DNA from: Candidatus Poribacteria bacterium
GTDB lineage: Bacteria > Poribacteria > WGA-4E > PCPOR2b
NCBI GenBank assembly: GCA_965208675.1
Contig: OZ242351.1
Location: 2,080,001 to 2,144,000 of the forward strand
DNA: 64,000 bases
Direction of reading: 5' to 3'
Positions 20,804 to 30,566 of this stretch are shown piece after piece; positions within the stretch are counted from its first letter, which is position 1, and every line of letters begins with the position of its first letter. The notes under the pieces are model-generated. The model did no database searches. It was not told the DNA's origin and saw only the letters and a list, made by a program, of their open reading frames with translations. The position numbers and the translations under genes are program-made.

Positions 20804-21598
20804 TCACTCATTTTTGAAGCCGGCGTCGGCGTATCTTTGGGTTGCGGGTGTCCACTGGCTGTAAAAGGCACGCTGCGCCTGATCGGGATGCTGCGCCAAG
20901 CGTTCAGGAATGAGTACCCACTCCGTCAAAACAGGACTTGCGGCGCGGCTATAATAGGTGTGTTGCGTCCGCCTGCCTGCATCGGTTGTCCCAGCGAAAC
21001 GCGCATGATAGGTGGCAATATTGTAAAGGATAGCCGTGCCTGCGGCGCCGCGAATCGCAATTTCGCGATATTCAGCCATCTCGGCTTTGGCATCTTCTGC
21101 CGTGGCGTAGGGGTGGCTATTCGGGACAACGGAGAAACAGGGCGTCTCTTCAGTCACATCCGTCAGGTAGAAAATTCGGCACAGATAGCGGCACTGGTAA
21201 TCGTGTTTTGGATCCCAGTTATCGCGGGTAAGGTAAGAGTGGTCCTGGTGGAAACGCATGGGATTCTTTCCATCGCCGTCCGGCAACTCACGAAAATCGA
21301 ACTGCGCGAAGCGCACATCCTCGCCAAGGATTGCTTCTATGAGCGGATACGTGGTCGGATGCTGGACGAAGGCGTCTAGCTGCGGGTGTTCGACGAGGAT
21401 TTGTCCGTGGTCGTGAATATCGCGGGTGCCAATTCCCCACTCGTCCGGAATCCGCTGTTGGCTTTCCGCCACAAATTCATTGAGAAAATCAATTTCATTT
21501 GACGTTAACCCGTCCGAAATGACCGCATAATTGTTCCGCTGGAAAAAGTCCAGCACGTCTTCCCGCTGATTTGGTGCAAATGAAGGGTGTTCGTGCAT
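20804..21598 (-). CDS. PhyH family dioxygenase
   Basis: FFQRNNYAVI, FHQD (HxD), YLTDV, VVPNSH, AGTAILY...YHAR. Confidence 0.8.
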   Translation of the reverse strand: MHEHPSFAPNQREDVLDFFQRNNYAVISDGLTSNEIDFLNEFVAESQQRIPDEWGIGTRDIHDHGQILVEHPQLDAFVQHPTTYPLIEAILGEDVRFAQFDFRELPDGDGKNPMRFHQDHSYLTRDNWDPKHDYQCRYLCRIFYLTDVTEETPCFSVVPNSHPYATAEDAKAEMAEYREIAIRGAAGTAILYNIATYHARFAGTTDAGRRTQHTYYSRAASPVLTEWVLIPERLAQHPDQAQRAFYSQWTPATQRYADAGFKNE

Positions 21599-21743
21599 AA
21601 TTTTTCTTCGATTGCCAATTCGGGGAGGCAGCAGCCCCCAAACATGTGATAATGTCTGATAGTTTTTGACGGAATTTTAACGATGACGTGTAGTGATTCG
21701 ATGGGTATAGCTTAACGAATAATGGTGCTCGTTGATTTGCGCA

Positions 21744-21772
21744 ATCCTACACCAGATTATGATGGAAGTCAA
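21744..21772 (-). promoter_or_regulatory. Sigma70-type promoter for the PhyH/TIM-barrel/AKR genes
   Basis: Minus strand TTGACT-17 nt-TAGGAT. Confidence 0.5.
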
Positions 21773-21820
21773 GAAAATTGTGATTGCTTTACCGCAGATT
21801 TTACGTACCGCCATTTGTTA

Positions 21821-21848
21821 TTGACACAGATTTGAAAACCGTTATAAT
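21821..21848 (+). promoter_or_regulatory. Sigma70-type promoter
   Basis: TTGACA-16 nt-TATAAT, consensus hexamers. Confidence 0.7.
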
Positions 21849-21953
21849 CAGTACATTGCGGGCTGTGCAATTGCACCGACGTTCGGATCCCGGAAAGCAC
21901 CGTAACGGCGAAACTGCGAAAATCTACCTTCCTTCAATCCAACTCCTCCAATT

Positions 21954-23882
21954 ATGAGAACATCTCCTCAATCCAAATCCGCCGCCTCGACCGGTGTTAC
22001 GCCGCGTGCGGTTGTCATCGGGCTGATCTTGGTTGTCTTAAACGCCTACTGGCTGAATCATGTAATCTGGCGCGGGTTATTGCACACCTACATGTCACTG
22101 TTCGCCAATACGGTCTTCAGCCTATTTGTGGTTGTGGTGCTATTCCATCTTCTATTGAAACGAATCCTGCCCCGGTACGCGTTGCACAATACGGAGGTTC
22201 TCGTTATTTATGTAATGGTGCTTATGGTTTCGACGGTGGGCGGCAACACAAACATGGGCTATCTCGTCTATATCCTGGCGCACCCGTTTTGGTTTGCCGA
22301 CGCGGAAAACGACTGGAACCAGCTGTTTGGCGGGTACATCCCTCAATGGTTTAACGTTCGGGAAAGGTCAGTTCTAAAAGGGTTTTTTGAGGGAGATTCG
22401 ATTTTCCTAACTGCCACTCATATCTACAACTGGCTGGTGCCGTTTCTCGTCTGGTCGGCTTTTGTGTTTGTGCTCTACTTCGTGTTAATTTGCATAAATG
22501 CCGTCCTGCGACGGCAGTTCTCGGAACATGAACGGTTGAGTTTTCCCATCGCCCGGCTGCCGCTGGAGATAGGGAAGAATCCGGAGGGGTTTTTCAAGAA
22601 CAGACTGATGTGGATTGGATTCAGCGCGGCTGGCGGAATCGAGATCCTCAACGGCGTAAGCTACCTGTATCCTTCCTTTCCGTATATTCCAATCAAACCG
22701 TGGGACAACATCCACCTGTTCCCCGACGAGCCGTGGGACGCGCTTGGGACGATGCTGCTGTCTTTCAATCCGTTCATCATCGGCCTCACCTTTTTCATGC
22801 CGCTGGACCTGTCATTCTCCGCACTGTTCTTTTTCGCTCTCGGGAAAGCGTTACTCTTGGGGCGACGCGTTTTGGGCTGGCACACCGGATTCTACCTTGA
22901 TGAACAGGCGCAGGGAGCTTGGATCGGCTTGGGTATTCTCGCCTTATGGGTGGGGCGAAGGCATTTGAAAGGCGTGTTCAAGCACGCGGTTGGAAAGGCG
23001 CGAACTGCCGATGATGTAGCCGAACCCATGCGGTACAAATGGGCGATTTACGGGATTGTTGCCGGGCTCATTTTTATCGCTCTATTTGCCTGCCATGCGG
23101 GCATTTCGCTCTGGGCGGCGCTAATCTTTTTTGGCTGTTACTTCCTGATGGCTGTCGGATTAACGAAGGTACGGGCAGGACTCGGTCCGCCGCTGCACGA
23201 AACCATCGGGAAAGACCCTGCGAGTACGATGGTCGCGGCGCTAGGCACACGCACGATTGGCGCGCGGAATTTAACGTTGCTCTCCTTTTTTTTCTGGATG
23301 AACCGCGTCAACACGGCGCACCCGATGCCCAACCAGCTCGAAGCCTTTCACATCGGACGCCAAGGCGGCATCGACAATCGAAAGCTGCTTTCGGCGATGC
23401 TCCTCGCGCTCGCGGTCGGCATTCCGTGGACGTTTCTCGTATATCTGGGCATGGCTTATGATATCGGCGGCGGTGCCGCGTTTCATACAGTCGGAATCGG
23501 TTGGCAGAACTTTAGGTTGTTAGAAAGCCGACTGAGCAACCCGACGGAGGTGGACAGCTTCGCAATGATTGCTATGGGCACGGGATTCGGTGTGACGACG
23601 TTGCTGTCTGCGTTGAAGCTAAGGTTTCTGTGGTGGCCTCTGCATCCCATTGGCTACGTAATAGGGACGGGCAATTGGGGCGACATGTCGTTCATCTGGC
23701 TTCCGGTACTATTCACTTGGGTGGTCAAGTCCTTGCTGTTGACGCACGGCGGTTTGCGGGTATACCGGAGCGCAATACCGTTTTTTGCGGGACTCATTCT
23801 CGGCGATTTTGTTGTGGGCGGTATGTGGAGTCTTGCCGGTATTGCGTTCAACACGCCGACGTATGCCATCTGGACGCGGTAA
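21954..23882 (+). CDS. Polytopic membrane protein, DUF6785/DUF6784-like putative transporter
   Basis: Many hydrophobic helices. RRQF..HERLSFPIARLP, WWPLHPIGY, GGLRVYR.A.PFF.GLILG. Confidence 0.7.
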   Translation: MRTSPQSKSAASTGVTPRAVVIGLILVVLNAYWLNHVIWRGLLHTYMSLFANTVFSLFVVVVLFHLLLKRILPRYALHNTEVLVIYVMVLMVSTVGGNTNMGYLVYILAHPFWFADAENDWNQLFGGYIPQWFNVRERSVLKGFFEGDSIFLTATHIYNWLVPFLVWSAFVFVLYFVLICINAVLRRQFSEHERLSFPIARLPLEIGKNPEGFFKNRLMWIGFSAAGGIEILNGVSYLYPSFPYIPIKPWDNIHLFPDEPWDALGTMLLSFNPFIIGLTFFMPLDLSFSALFFFALGKALLLGRRVLGWHTGFYLDEQAQGAWIGLGILALWVGRRHLKGVFKHAVGKARTADDVAEPMRYKWAIYGIVAGLIFIALFACHAGISLWAALIFFGCYFLMAVGLTKVRAGLGPPLHETIGKDPASTMVAALGTRTIGARNLTLLSFFFWMNRVNTAHPMPNQLEAFHIGRQGGIDNRKLLSAMLLALAVGIPWTFLVYLGMAYDIGGGAAFHTVGIGWQNFRLLESRLSNPTEVDSFAMIAMGTGFGVTTLLSALKLRFLWWPLHPIGYVIGTGNWGDMSFIWLPVLFTWVVKSLLLTHGGLRVYRSAIPFFAGLILGDFVVGGMWSLAGIAFNTPTYAIWTR

Positions 23883-24091
23883 AGTAGGATTAATTCCCAC
23901 AACTGAAGCGTCCAGAGCGCGCCAAAATCTTGTTGCGTTCATTTTTATGCTGTGATAGGATAGTGCAACGTCCGATTTGGGCAAGCTATCGATTTAGCAA
24001 TCATCCGAGCGGTTAGCGAGAGCATTAGTGTTCAAGTCTTTACCTGATTTAGCAGCTCACACCCCCTTTTGACTCTACGAAGGAGAACAAT

Positions 24092-25138
24092 ATGCACTAC
24101 ACCCTTGAAATGCGCGGAAGGTACATACAGGGGCCGGGGGCAATTCATGAGATAGGACGGTTCACCGCGGGATTGGGGGATAAAACCCTCCTCATGGGTG
24201 GGCCCACGGCGTTGTCACTAACTCAGGTTGCGATATCCGACAGTCTGAAAGAACATAATGTTGACACCGTTGTGAACCGGTTCCGAGGAACACACAACGA
24301 CGATGAGATTGAGCGGTTGGCGAAGATTGCGGATGAATCCGGCGCCAACGTCGTCATCGGGATTGGCGGCGGCCAAGCGTTGGACACCTCAAAAGGCATA
24401 TCCCACAGCAGAGGACTTCCGCTGGTACAGGTACCGACAGTCGCGTCAACAGATGCGCCTTGCGCGGGCGGTCCGCTTCTAGTCATCGCCGATACGGAGA
24501 TTATCGTAAAGAGTCCTCCGCGATACACGGTTGCCGGAATGGGTGACGCGCTCTCCACGCCGTTCGAGGCGGAGGCATGCATCAAATCGTCCGCGCCGAA
24601 TTTCCGAGAGGGGCGCGCCACAGAATTAGCGTACGCAGCGGCGAAATTGTGCTATGACATCGTTATGGAACACGGGATAGAGGCGAAGCGCTGTAACGAA
24701 GAGGGGCGCTTGTCCGAGGCGTTCGAAAAAATCGTTGAAGCAAACACGCTCTTGAGCGGGGTGGGATACGAAAACTGCGGACTATCTATCGCGCACGGGC
24801 TATGGAACGGATTTAAGCTTGTCGACGGCTTCCGGGAAAGCGGCACACTGCACGGCGAGGCGGTCGCTTGGTTCACGCTTGTCCAATTGGTTCTTGAAGG
24901 ACGTTCTGACGAATTTATTGATGACATGCTCGCCTTCTACAATGCCGTCGATCTTCCGGTCGCCCTAGACGATAGCCGGCTGGTGAACGTTAGCCGAGAC
25001 ATGATTGACGCCGGCGTGGAATTCACGATGGAGCCGGGCAGCTCAATATATTATACACCGCTATCGCTAGATGCAAATACGGTTCACGACGCAATCCGCC
25101 AAACGGACGCCATCGGGCGCGCTTCCAGAAACAGTTGA
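24092..25138 (+). CDS. Glycerol dehydrogenase-like alcohol dehydrogenase (divergent GldA-like)
   Basis: RYIQGPGA, GIGGG..LD..K, PTVASTDAPC, AGMGDAL, EANTLLSGVG.E..GL..AH, LHGE.VA. Confidence 0.8.
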   Translation: MHYTLEMRGRYIQGPGAIHEIGRFTAGLGDKTLLMGGPTALSLTQVAISDSLKEHNVDTVVNRFRGTHNDDEIERLAKIADESGANVVIGIGGGQALDTSKGISHSRGLPLVQVPTVASTDAPCAGGPLLVIADTEIIVKSPPRYTVAGMGDALSTPFEAEACIKSSAPNFREGRATELAYAAAKLCYDIVMEHGIEAKRCNEEGRLSEAFEKIVEANTLLSGVGYENCGLSIAHGLWNGFKLVDGFRESGTLHGEAVAWFTLVQLVLEGRSDEFIDDMLAFYNAVDLPVALDDSRLVNVSRDMIDAGVEFTMEPGSSIYYTPLSLDANTVHDAIRQTDAIGRASRNS

Positions 25139-25431
25139 CCGCGGCATTCACCGGAAACAACAGCCTGAAGCCTGTCTAAATGATTGACGAAAATTTAACA
25201 TGTGCGAAGTAGATTGTTCATGCTTTCGAGCATTTTGCGGGGCAAGATGCGCCGCCTACAGGCCGTGACGGCACACCCGAGGCAAGGAAGATCTCTATCG
25301 TACACCCTATTCAATTGCTTCATCCCCGCCTAGGGAGGGTAGTGTGGTATTATACACCTGCCGTCCCGCTGGGGCTGTATAAAATGAATTTTCAAACAGG
25401 TTTAAAATGAACGCGCTATACTAGTGAAAGG

Positions 25432-26421
25432 GTGAATATGATTCTTGAAATACTGGTTGCAGCGTTTGTGTTGGTGCTCATCTCGACATCCGTGAGTCAC
25501 GCGGCTTCTATTATTGTCGCAGCTTCAAATTCTTCGACCGAATCAAAAGACCGCGCAGACTTCATCTGTGACGGCACGAACGACCAGGTTAAGCTGCTAG
25601 AGTCCATAACCCGTGCGAACCGCGTCACGACTAAAGTAGACACCGCCCCTGCGGTTCAAAAGAGCGTGGAGTGTTATGGCAGGCATTCGGTTGAATGGGT
25701 ACCCGGAGACTACTATTTAGGAGAGACGCTAACTATCCCCGACGCCGCGGATGTTTCCATTCAGGCGGAGGGAACATACTTTCATTACATACCCAAGGAA
25801 GGCGATGCGGTCGTTGTCACTGGAATGAACCGGTGCCGATACTACTTTGGGACAATCGAGTCCAATTCCAGCGGGACAGCAATCCTAGTGAAACCCACCG
25901 CAGAGATGCCGGCGCTCATGAGTTTTCTGAACTTTACCGGCTTGCTTGGAAGCGAACAGCGCGGAACAGGGCTATACCTCAATTCTACCCAGTCGGGCGT
26001 CTGCTGCAACCGGTTTGAAGGCACCGACATTATGGGCTTCGATACCGGCGTGTTCGTCAGCGATGCAATCGCAAAATGTGATACGAATTGGTTCTGGTTC
26101 AGCTACATCCGGATGTGCAACACCGGTATCCAAGAACTCGGAAAGGGCGTCGATGACAATGTCTGGAACGTAAATGTCGACGCTAGCATCCCCGATTCCC
26201 TTTCGCTCCGCACCGCGGCGACGCACGGGAAATGGTACGTTATCATGGGCACTTGGACTTTCGAAGGCGTCAACAAAGCGGTAATCCTCGATCCGGGTGC
26301 AAGCCAAAACGTAATCGAAGTCCATCCGCCGCTGGAGGATTTCGCTTGGGAGGACAACAGCGGCAACGAAACAAACATCATTCTTACGGCAAAGAAGTAT
26401 CTCAACGCCCAATGCTGTTAG
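25432..26421 (+). CDS. Secreted hypothetical protein, probable right-handed beta-helix
   Basis: Signal-peptide-like N-terminus, ADFICDGTNDQ motif, Asn/Gly-rich beta pattern. Homologous to 59215..60444. Confidence 0.6.
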   Translation: MNMILEILVAAFVLVLISTSVSHAASIIVAASNSSTESKDRADFICDGTNDQVKLLESITRANRVTTKVDTAPAVQKSVECYGRHSVEWVPGDYYLGETLTIPDAADVSIQAEGTYFHYIPKEGDAVVVTGMNRCRYYFGTIESNSSGTAILVKPTAEMPALMSFLNFTGLLGSEQRGTGLYLNSTQSGVCCNRFEGTDIMGFDTGVFVSDAIAKCDTNWFWFSYIRMCNTGIQELGKGVDDNVWNVNVDASIPDSLSLRTAATHGKWYVIMGTWTFEGVNKAVILDPGASQNVIEVHPPLEDFAWEDNSGNETNIILTAKKYLNAQCC

Positions 26422-26475
26422 TGCGCACCATGTGTAATGAATAAGCCCTAACGCTATGAAAGGGAGGGACAAATA

Positions 26476-27273
26476 TTGAAAACGTTAGTTTCGACTTTTT
26501 TGATGACGGTTCTAGCTACGGCGTTTTATGTTCCAGAAGCCGATGCAGCCCTCGACGAAGATATTGTACTCGCCATGTCATTTGATGAAGGCAAAGGCGA
26601 AACCACGAAAGATCTCTCTGCACACGCTAACCACGGCACCCTCATGCAGAACGCAGGATGGGCAAAGGGTAAATTTGGCAACGGCATAATCGTTGAACCG
26701 GTTGGCTATGTAGATGCCGGAAACGATCCAAGTCTGAGTCTGTCCAAAACAGATTTCACGCTTGCCGCGTGGGTCCACATGAAAGACACCGTCGTCCACC
26801 AACACGGGTTCATGGGGCACGATGAAGGCGGCGGGACAACGAACAAATGGATATTTCGATACAATAAAGGCGGCAGTCAGAGCATCAATTTTCATATCAA
26901 TAGAGCCGACGGTGCAGGCGTTAATCAACTTGAACCCGGTGTTTGGAAAACAAAACCCAATACATGGTATCAGGCCGCTGTGGTTCGATCCGGGAACAAG
27001 TATACGTTTTACACCGACGGCACAAGGAATGGGCAGATAGAGAGCGATGTGGCCGTCCCAAAATTCATCGACGCCCCAGTCACGATCGGTTGGGCAGAAG
27101 GCCCCATTGCGCTCGACGGCCGTATTGACGAAGCCCTAATCGCTAAGCGAGCCTTCACCGCCGATGAAATTAAATCGCACTTCCAAGGCGGCGTCAAACA
27201 GGTGTTGGCGGTCCAGCCCGTAGGCAAAGCCGCTTCCATCTGGGGCACCATCAAGACGCGGACATTGCGTTAG
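26476..27273 (+). CDS. Secreted LamG/ConA-like domain protein
   Basis: Signal peptide, FDEGKG...D.S..NHG, GKFG, FTLAAW, G.IDE. C-terminal LAVQPVGKAASIWGTIK. GGAGGG RBS before a TTG start. Confidence 0.85.
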   Translation: MKTLVSTFLMTVLATAFYVPEADAALDEDIVLAMSFDEGKGETTKDLSAHANHGTLMQNAGWAKGKFGNGIIVEPVGYVDAGNDPSLSLSKTDFTLAAWVHMKDTVVHQHGFMGHDEGGGTTNKWIFRYNKGGSQSINFHINRADGAGVNQLEPGVWKTKPNTWYQAAVVRSGNKYTFYTDGTRNGQIESDVAVPKFIDAPVTIGWAEGPIALDGRIDEALIAKRAFTADEIKSHFQGGVKQVLAVQPVGKAASIWGTIKTRTLR

Positions 27274-27310
27274 ATCTCCGATGAAAGCCTTTTTCGGGTA
27301 GAGACAGCCT

Positions 27311-28108
27311 ATGAAAGCAGTGGTTTCGGCTACTCTGATTACCGCATTGTGCGGCGCCTTCTGCACTGGATATGCTCAAGCAGCCGGCATCGGCGACATC
27401 GTGCTTGCCATGCCGTTTGATGAAGGCGAAGGAGAGGTCACGATGGACATCTCCCCTCACCGGAACCACGGCACGCTCATGGAAAATGCGGGTTGGGGAA
27501 TTGGCAAATTTGGCAACGCTCTACAGGTCGAACCAGTTGGTTATGTGGATGCCGGCACTGATCCAAGTCTGAGTCTGTTTGACACAGACTTCACGCTTGC
27601 CGTTTGGGTCAACATGAAGGAAACTGTCGCCCACCAACACGGGTTCATGGCTCAGGATGAAGGCGGCGGGCCGGAGAACAACAAATGGATGCTGCGATAC
27701 AATAAAGGCGGGGTTCGGAGCGTCAACTTCCACATCCATAGAGCCGACGGCGGTTCTATGCAGCTTGAACCCGGCTTTTGGCGAGCCAAGCCCGAAACAT
27801 GGTATCAGGTCGCCGTGGTTAGATTCGGAAACAAGTACACGTTTTACAGCGACGGGAAACGGGCTCTGGCGTTAGAGAGCGATCTGGCTGTTGCAAAATT
27901 CATTGACGCACCGGTAACAATTGGTTGGGCAGAGGGCCCAATTGCGACGGACGGACTTATTGACGAGGCTTTGATTGTGAAGCGGGCTTTTACCCCCGAT
28001 GAAATAAAAACGCATTTTGAAGGGGGAGTTCACGACGTGTTGGCAGTTCAGCCACAAGGCAAATCTGCTGCAGTCTGGGGCAAAATCAAGGCGCAAATGT
28101 TACGCTGA
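27311..28108 (+). CDS. Secreted LamG domain protein (paralog)
   Basis: Same architecture. C-terminal LAVQPQGKSAAVWGKIK. Confidence 0.85.
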   Translation: MKAVVSATLITALCGAFCTGYAQAAGIGDIVLAMPFDEGEGEVTMDISPHRNHGTLMENAGWGIGKFGNALQVEPVGYVDAGTDPSLSLFDTDFTLAVWVNMKETVAHQHGFMAQDEGGGPENNKWMLRYNKGGVRSVNFHIHRADGGSMQLEPGFWRAKPETWYQVAVVRFGNKYTFYSDGKRALALESDLAVAKFIDAPVTIGWAEGPIATDGLIDEALIVKRAFTPDEIKTHFEGGVHDVLAVQPQGKSAAVWGKIKAQMLR

Positions 28109-28144
28109 GATTTCCCGCATTAATCCCATGAAGGAGGAATTCCA

Positions 28145-28945
28145 ATGAAAACCTTAATTTCGATTTTTGCGATTGCGGCTATAGCCGCCGTCTTTTGTGT
28201 TGGCGAGACAGCAGCGGCCGGCGGAGATGAAGACATTGTGCTCGCCATGCCTTTTGAAGAAGGTGAAGGCAATTCCACCATGGACATCTCTCCCCACGGT
28301 AACCACGGTACGCTTATGGACAACGCGAGTTGGGGTGCAGGTAAATTTGGTAACGCCGTACAGTTTGAACCGGTCGGCTATGTGAATGCCGGAAATGATG
28401 AAAGTTTGAGTCTGTCTGGCACAGACTTCACACTTGCTGTGTGGGTCAACATGACAGATACCGTCGGCCACCAACACGGGTTCATGGCTCAAGATGAAGG
28501 TGGCGGGCCGCGTAACAAATGGATTTTCCGGTACAATAGGGGCGCCAGCCAGAGTGTTAACATCCATATAAATACAGCCGACGGCGAGTCTATGCAGCTT
28601 GAACCCGGCCTATGGGATGTGCAGCCTAACACATGGCATCAGGTCGCCGTCGTTAGAGCGGGAAACGCGTACACGTTTTTCACCGATGGCGAGCAGAGCG
28701 CGCAGTTAGAGAACGACCTCGCCGTTCCGCCTGTTATCGACGCACCGGTCACTGTCGGTTGGGCGGAAGGTCCCATTGCTATGAGCGGCCTTATTGACGA
28801 AGCCCTAATCGCGAGGCGAGCCTTCACATCCGATGAAATCAAGATGCACTACGACGGCGGAGTGCAACAACTACTCGTCGCAGTTCAGCCCGCAGGCAAA
28901 TCTGCTGCCGTTTGGGGAAACATCAAGGCGAAGGCATCGCGCTGA
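28145..28945 (+). CDS. Secreted LamG domain protein (paralog)
   Basis: Same architecture, AGGAGG RBS. C-terminal VAVQPAGKSAAVWGNIK. Confidence 0.85.
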   Translation: MKTLISIFAIAAIAAVFCVGETAAAGGDEDIVLAMPFEEGEGNSTMDISPHGNHGTLMDNASWGAGKFGNAVQFEPVGYVNAGNDESLSLSGTDFTLAVWVNMTDTVGHQHGFMAQDEGGGPRNKWIFRYNRGASQSVNIHINTADGESMQLEPGLWDVQPNTWHQVAVVRAGNAYTFFTDGEQSAQLENDLAVPPVIDAPVTVGWAEGPIAMSGLIDEALIARRAFTSDEIKMHYDGGVQQLLVAVQPAGKSAAVWGNIKAKASR

Positions 28946-29045
28946 AAATCCCAACGGCAATCTTATAGGGGAGTTCTTGTAGGATCAACCGAGTGAATAA
29001 CGAGGGCGATAGTCTTCTCCCCGCATCAAATCCTCATCCTTTATA

Positions 29046-29270
29046 AGCTTTCTATTACCCACAAGTGTCTGGAGGTAGACGCCGTCTATGTTGGGACTAA
29101 CAACGATTGTTCATTTCGGTATGGTGTAAACTGTGGGAGGGACATCACTGTCCCGATAATCAGGACTAGGCAGCCCTTCCCACAGGCGCTTCACAGCATG
29201 GTAACGTCAAGAATGAGGGGAAAAACCCTTAAACTATTCGACCTTGCGGACTTGTGGGTAATAGTAAGCT
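29046..29270. mobile_element. MITE-like element (~225 bp) with 21-bp TIRs and target duplication, inserted in a CCCCCTT/AAGGGGG repeat
   Basis: AGCTTTCTATTACCCACAAGT ... ACTTGTGGGTAATAGTAAGCT (1 mismatch), flanked by TTATA at 29041-29045 and 29271-29275. Confidence 0.7.
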
Positions 29271-29354
29271 TTATAAAGGGGAGCGAGAGGGGGGTTGCGT
29301 GCTTTCCGCCCGCGTTTTATCTGAAATCTAATCTGAATTTGCAATGTAGCTCTT

Positions 29355-29533
29355 GTAGGTTGGGTTGAGCGGTGTTAACGCACCAACGCATGTATGCCGC
29401 GTATGTTACGTGTTCTGGTTGCGTTCAAAATTTGAACTGATGAAGCGTAACCCAACGTTTTTTGTTAAATGCGAAATGTATCGTTGACCGGTAGTTGCAG
29501 AAAACTATCGACTTCGCTATCCGTTCAGTTGAT
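29355..29533. repeat. Partial REPIN-like element
   Basis: GTAGGTTGGGTTGAGCGG, then GCGTAACCCAACG, then the ACTATCG..TTCGCTAT..G.TCAGTTGAT module. Confidence 0.7.
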
Positions 29534-29656
29534 TCTCTAAAATCGGGAGAAAGGTCTCCCTCCCACAGCGTTGCGGCGCGCGGCATTTTACCCTTGTGGG
29601 AAATAGTAAGCTGATTGGAACCGATTGCGCAATTGCGCGTATACGTCGTATTGCAG

Positions 29657-30475
29657 ATGTTATCCCAAAGACAACGACAACACTTTGATTCCTTCGGATT
29701 CGTGCTGTTGCGCCAGTTGTTTGATACCGGCGAAATGGACACGCTGCGCAGCGAGTTTGAAATCGGGCTTGAGAGTAAGTATCGCCATGCCCCCTTCGAC
29801 GGCACCCGGATGCACCACACCTACCTGATGGAATCGAACACGCCGTTCTTTGCGTCCCTGCTCGAAGACGATCGATTCGTCTCAGTTGCTGAGTCGCTCG
29901 GCGGATCGGACATCCTCGGTATCAACGCGACCGGCAACCGGCACGTCGGCAATACGCCTTGGCATGCTGACACCGACAGCTACCATCAATACGGCGTAAA
30001 GTTCGTATTCTATTTCGATTCCCTCACCGCTGCGAACGGAGCGCTCCGCGTTGTCCCCGGTTCGCATCGCCGCCCATACTTCGATCAGATGCGCGAGTTT
30101 ACAAGCATTCACCAAAATCCGGACGGTTCTACTATAGATGAGGTCCCCGCTTTCGGCATCGAGTCTGAGCCGGGCGATGTGATTGTCTTCGACCATCGCC
30201 TTTCGCATGCGAGCCGCGGCGGTCAGGACGACCGGCGGCTTGGCGCCGTTGTGTATTACCACAACCCCGCAACTCCTGAAGAAGAGAAAGCGCTCCGTTG
30301 GGCGTTCCACAAACGCAAAAAATCCGATCTGGAAAAATTTGGCCTGCCCGTCGGTCCATGGTACGATGCGGACTGGTGGTCGGCTCCGATCCCCAGCCCA
30401 AGACGGTTGCGATGGCGCCAACGCCTTGAATCCCTCGACTTCTTCTCCCCGCTCAACGACCAAGTCACTGAATAG
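29657..30475 (+). CDS. PhyH family dioxygenase
   Basis: MLSQRQRQHFDSFGFVLLRQLF, WHAD (HxD), GALRVVPGSH, PGDVIVFDHRLSHAS. Confidence 0.85.
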   Translation: MLSQRQRQHFDSFGFVLLRQLFDTGEMDTLRSEFEIGLESKYRHAPFDGTRMHHTYLMESNTPFFASLLEDDRFVSVAESLGGSDILGINATGNRHVGNTPWHADTDSYHQYGVKFVFYFDSLTAANGALRVVPGSHRRPYFDQMREFTSIHQNPDGSTIDEVPAFGIESEPGDVIVFDHRLSHASRGGQDDRRLGAVVYYHNPATPEEEKALRWAFHKRKKSDLEKFGLPVGPWYDADWWSAPIPSPRRLRWRQRLESLDFFSPLNDQVTE

Positions 30476-30566
30476 ATTCGTATCGGTTGGTTTGTGCGGG
30501 CTTGCGAAACCCAACGACCAGACCCGCCATTGGACATACGGTGCCGAACGAAAGGAGAATTTCAAA

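Noticed and set aside
20726-21379. 217-aa plus-strand ORF
   Set aside because: Antisense to a well-supported PhyH gene and lacks recognisable motifs.
30183-30566. N-terminal 128 codons of ORF 30183..31358
   Set aside because: Overlaps the PhyH gene. The paralog and RBS place the start at ATG 30567.
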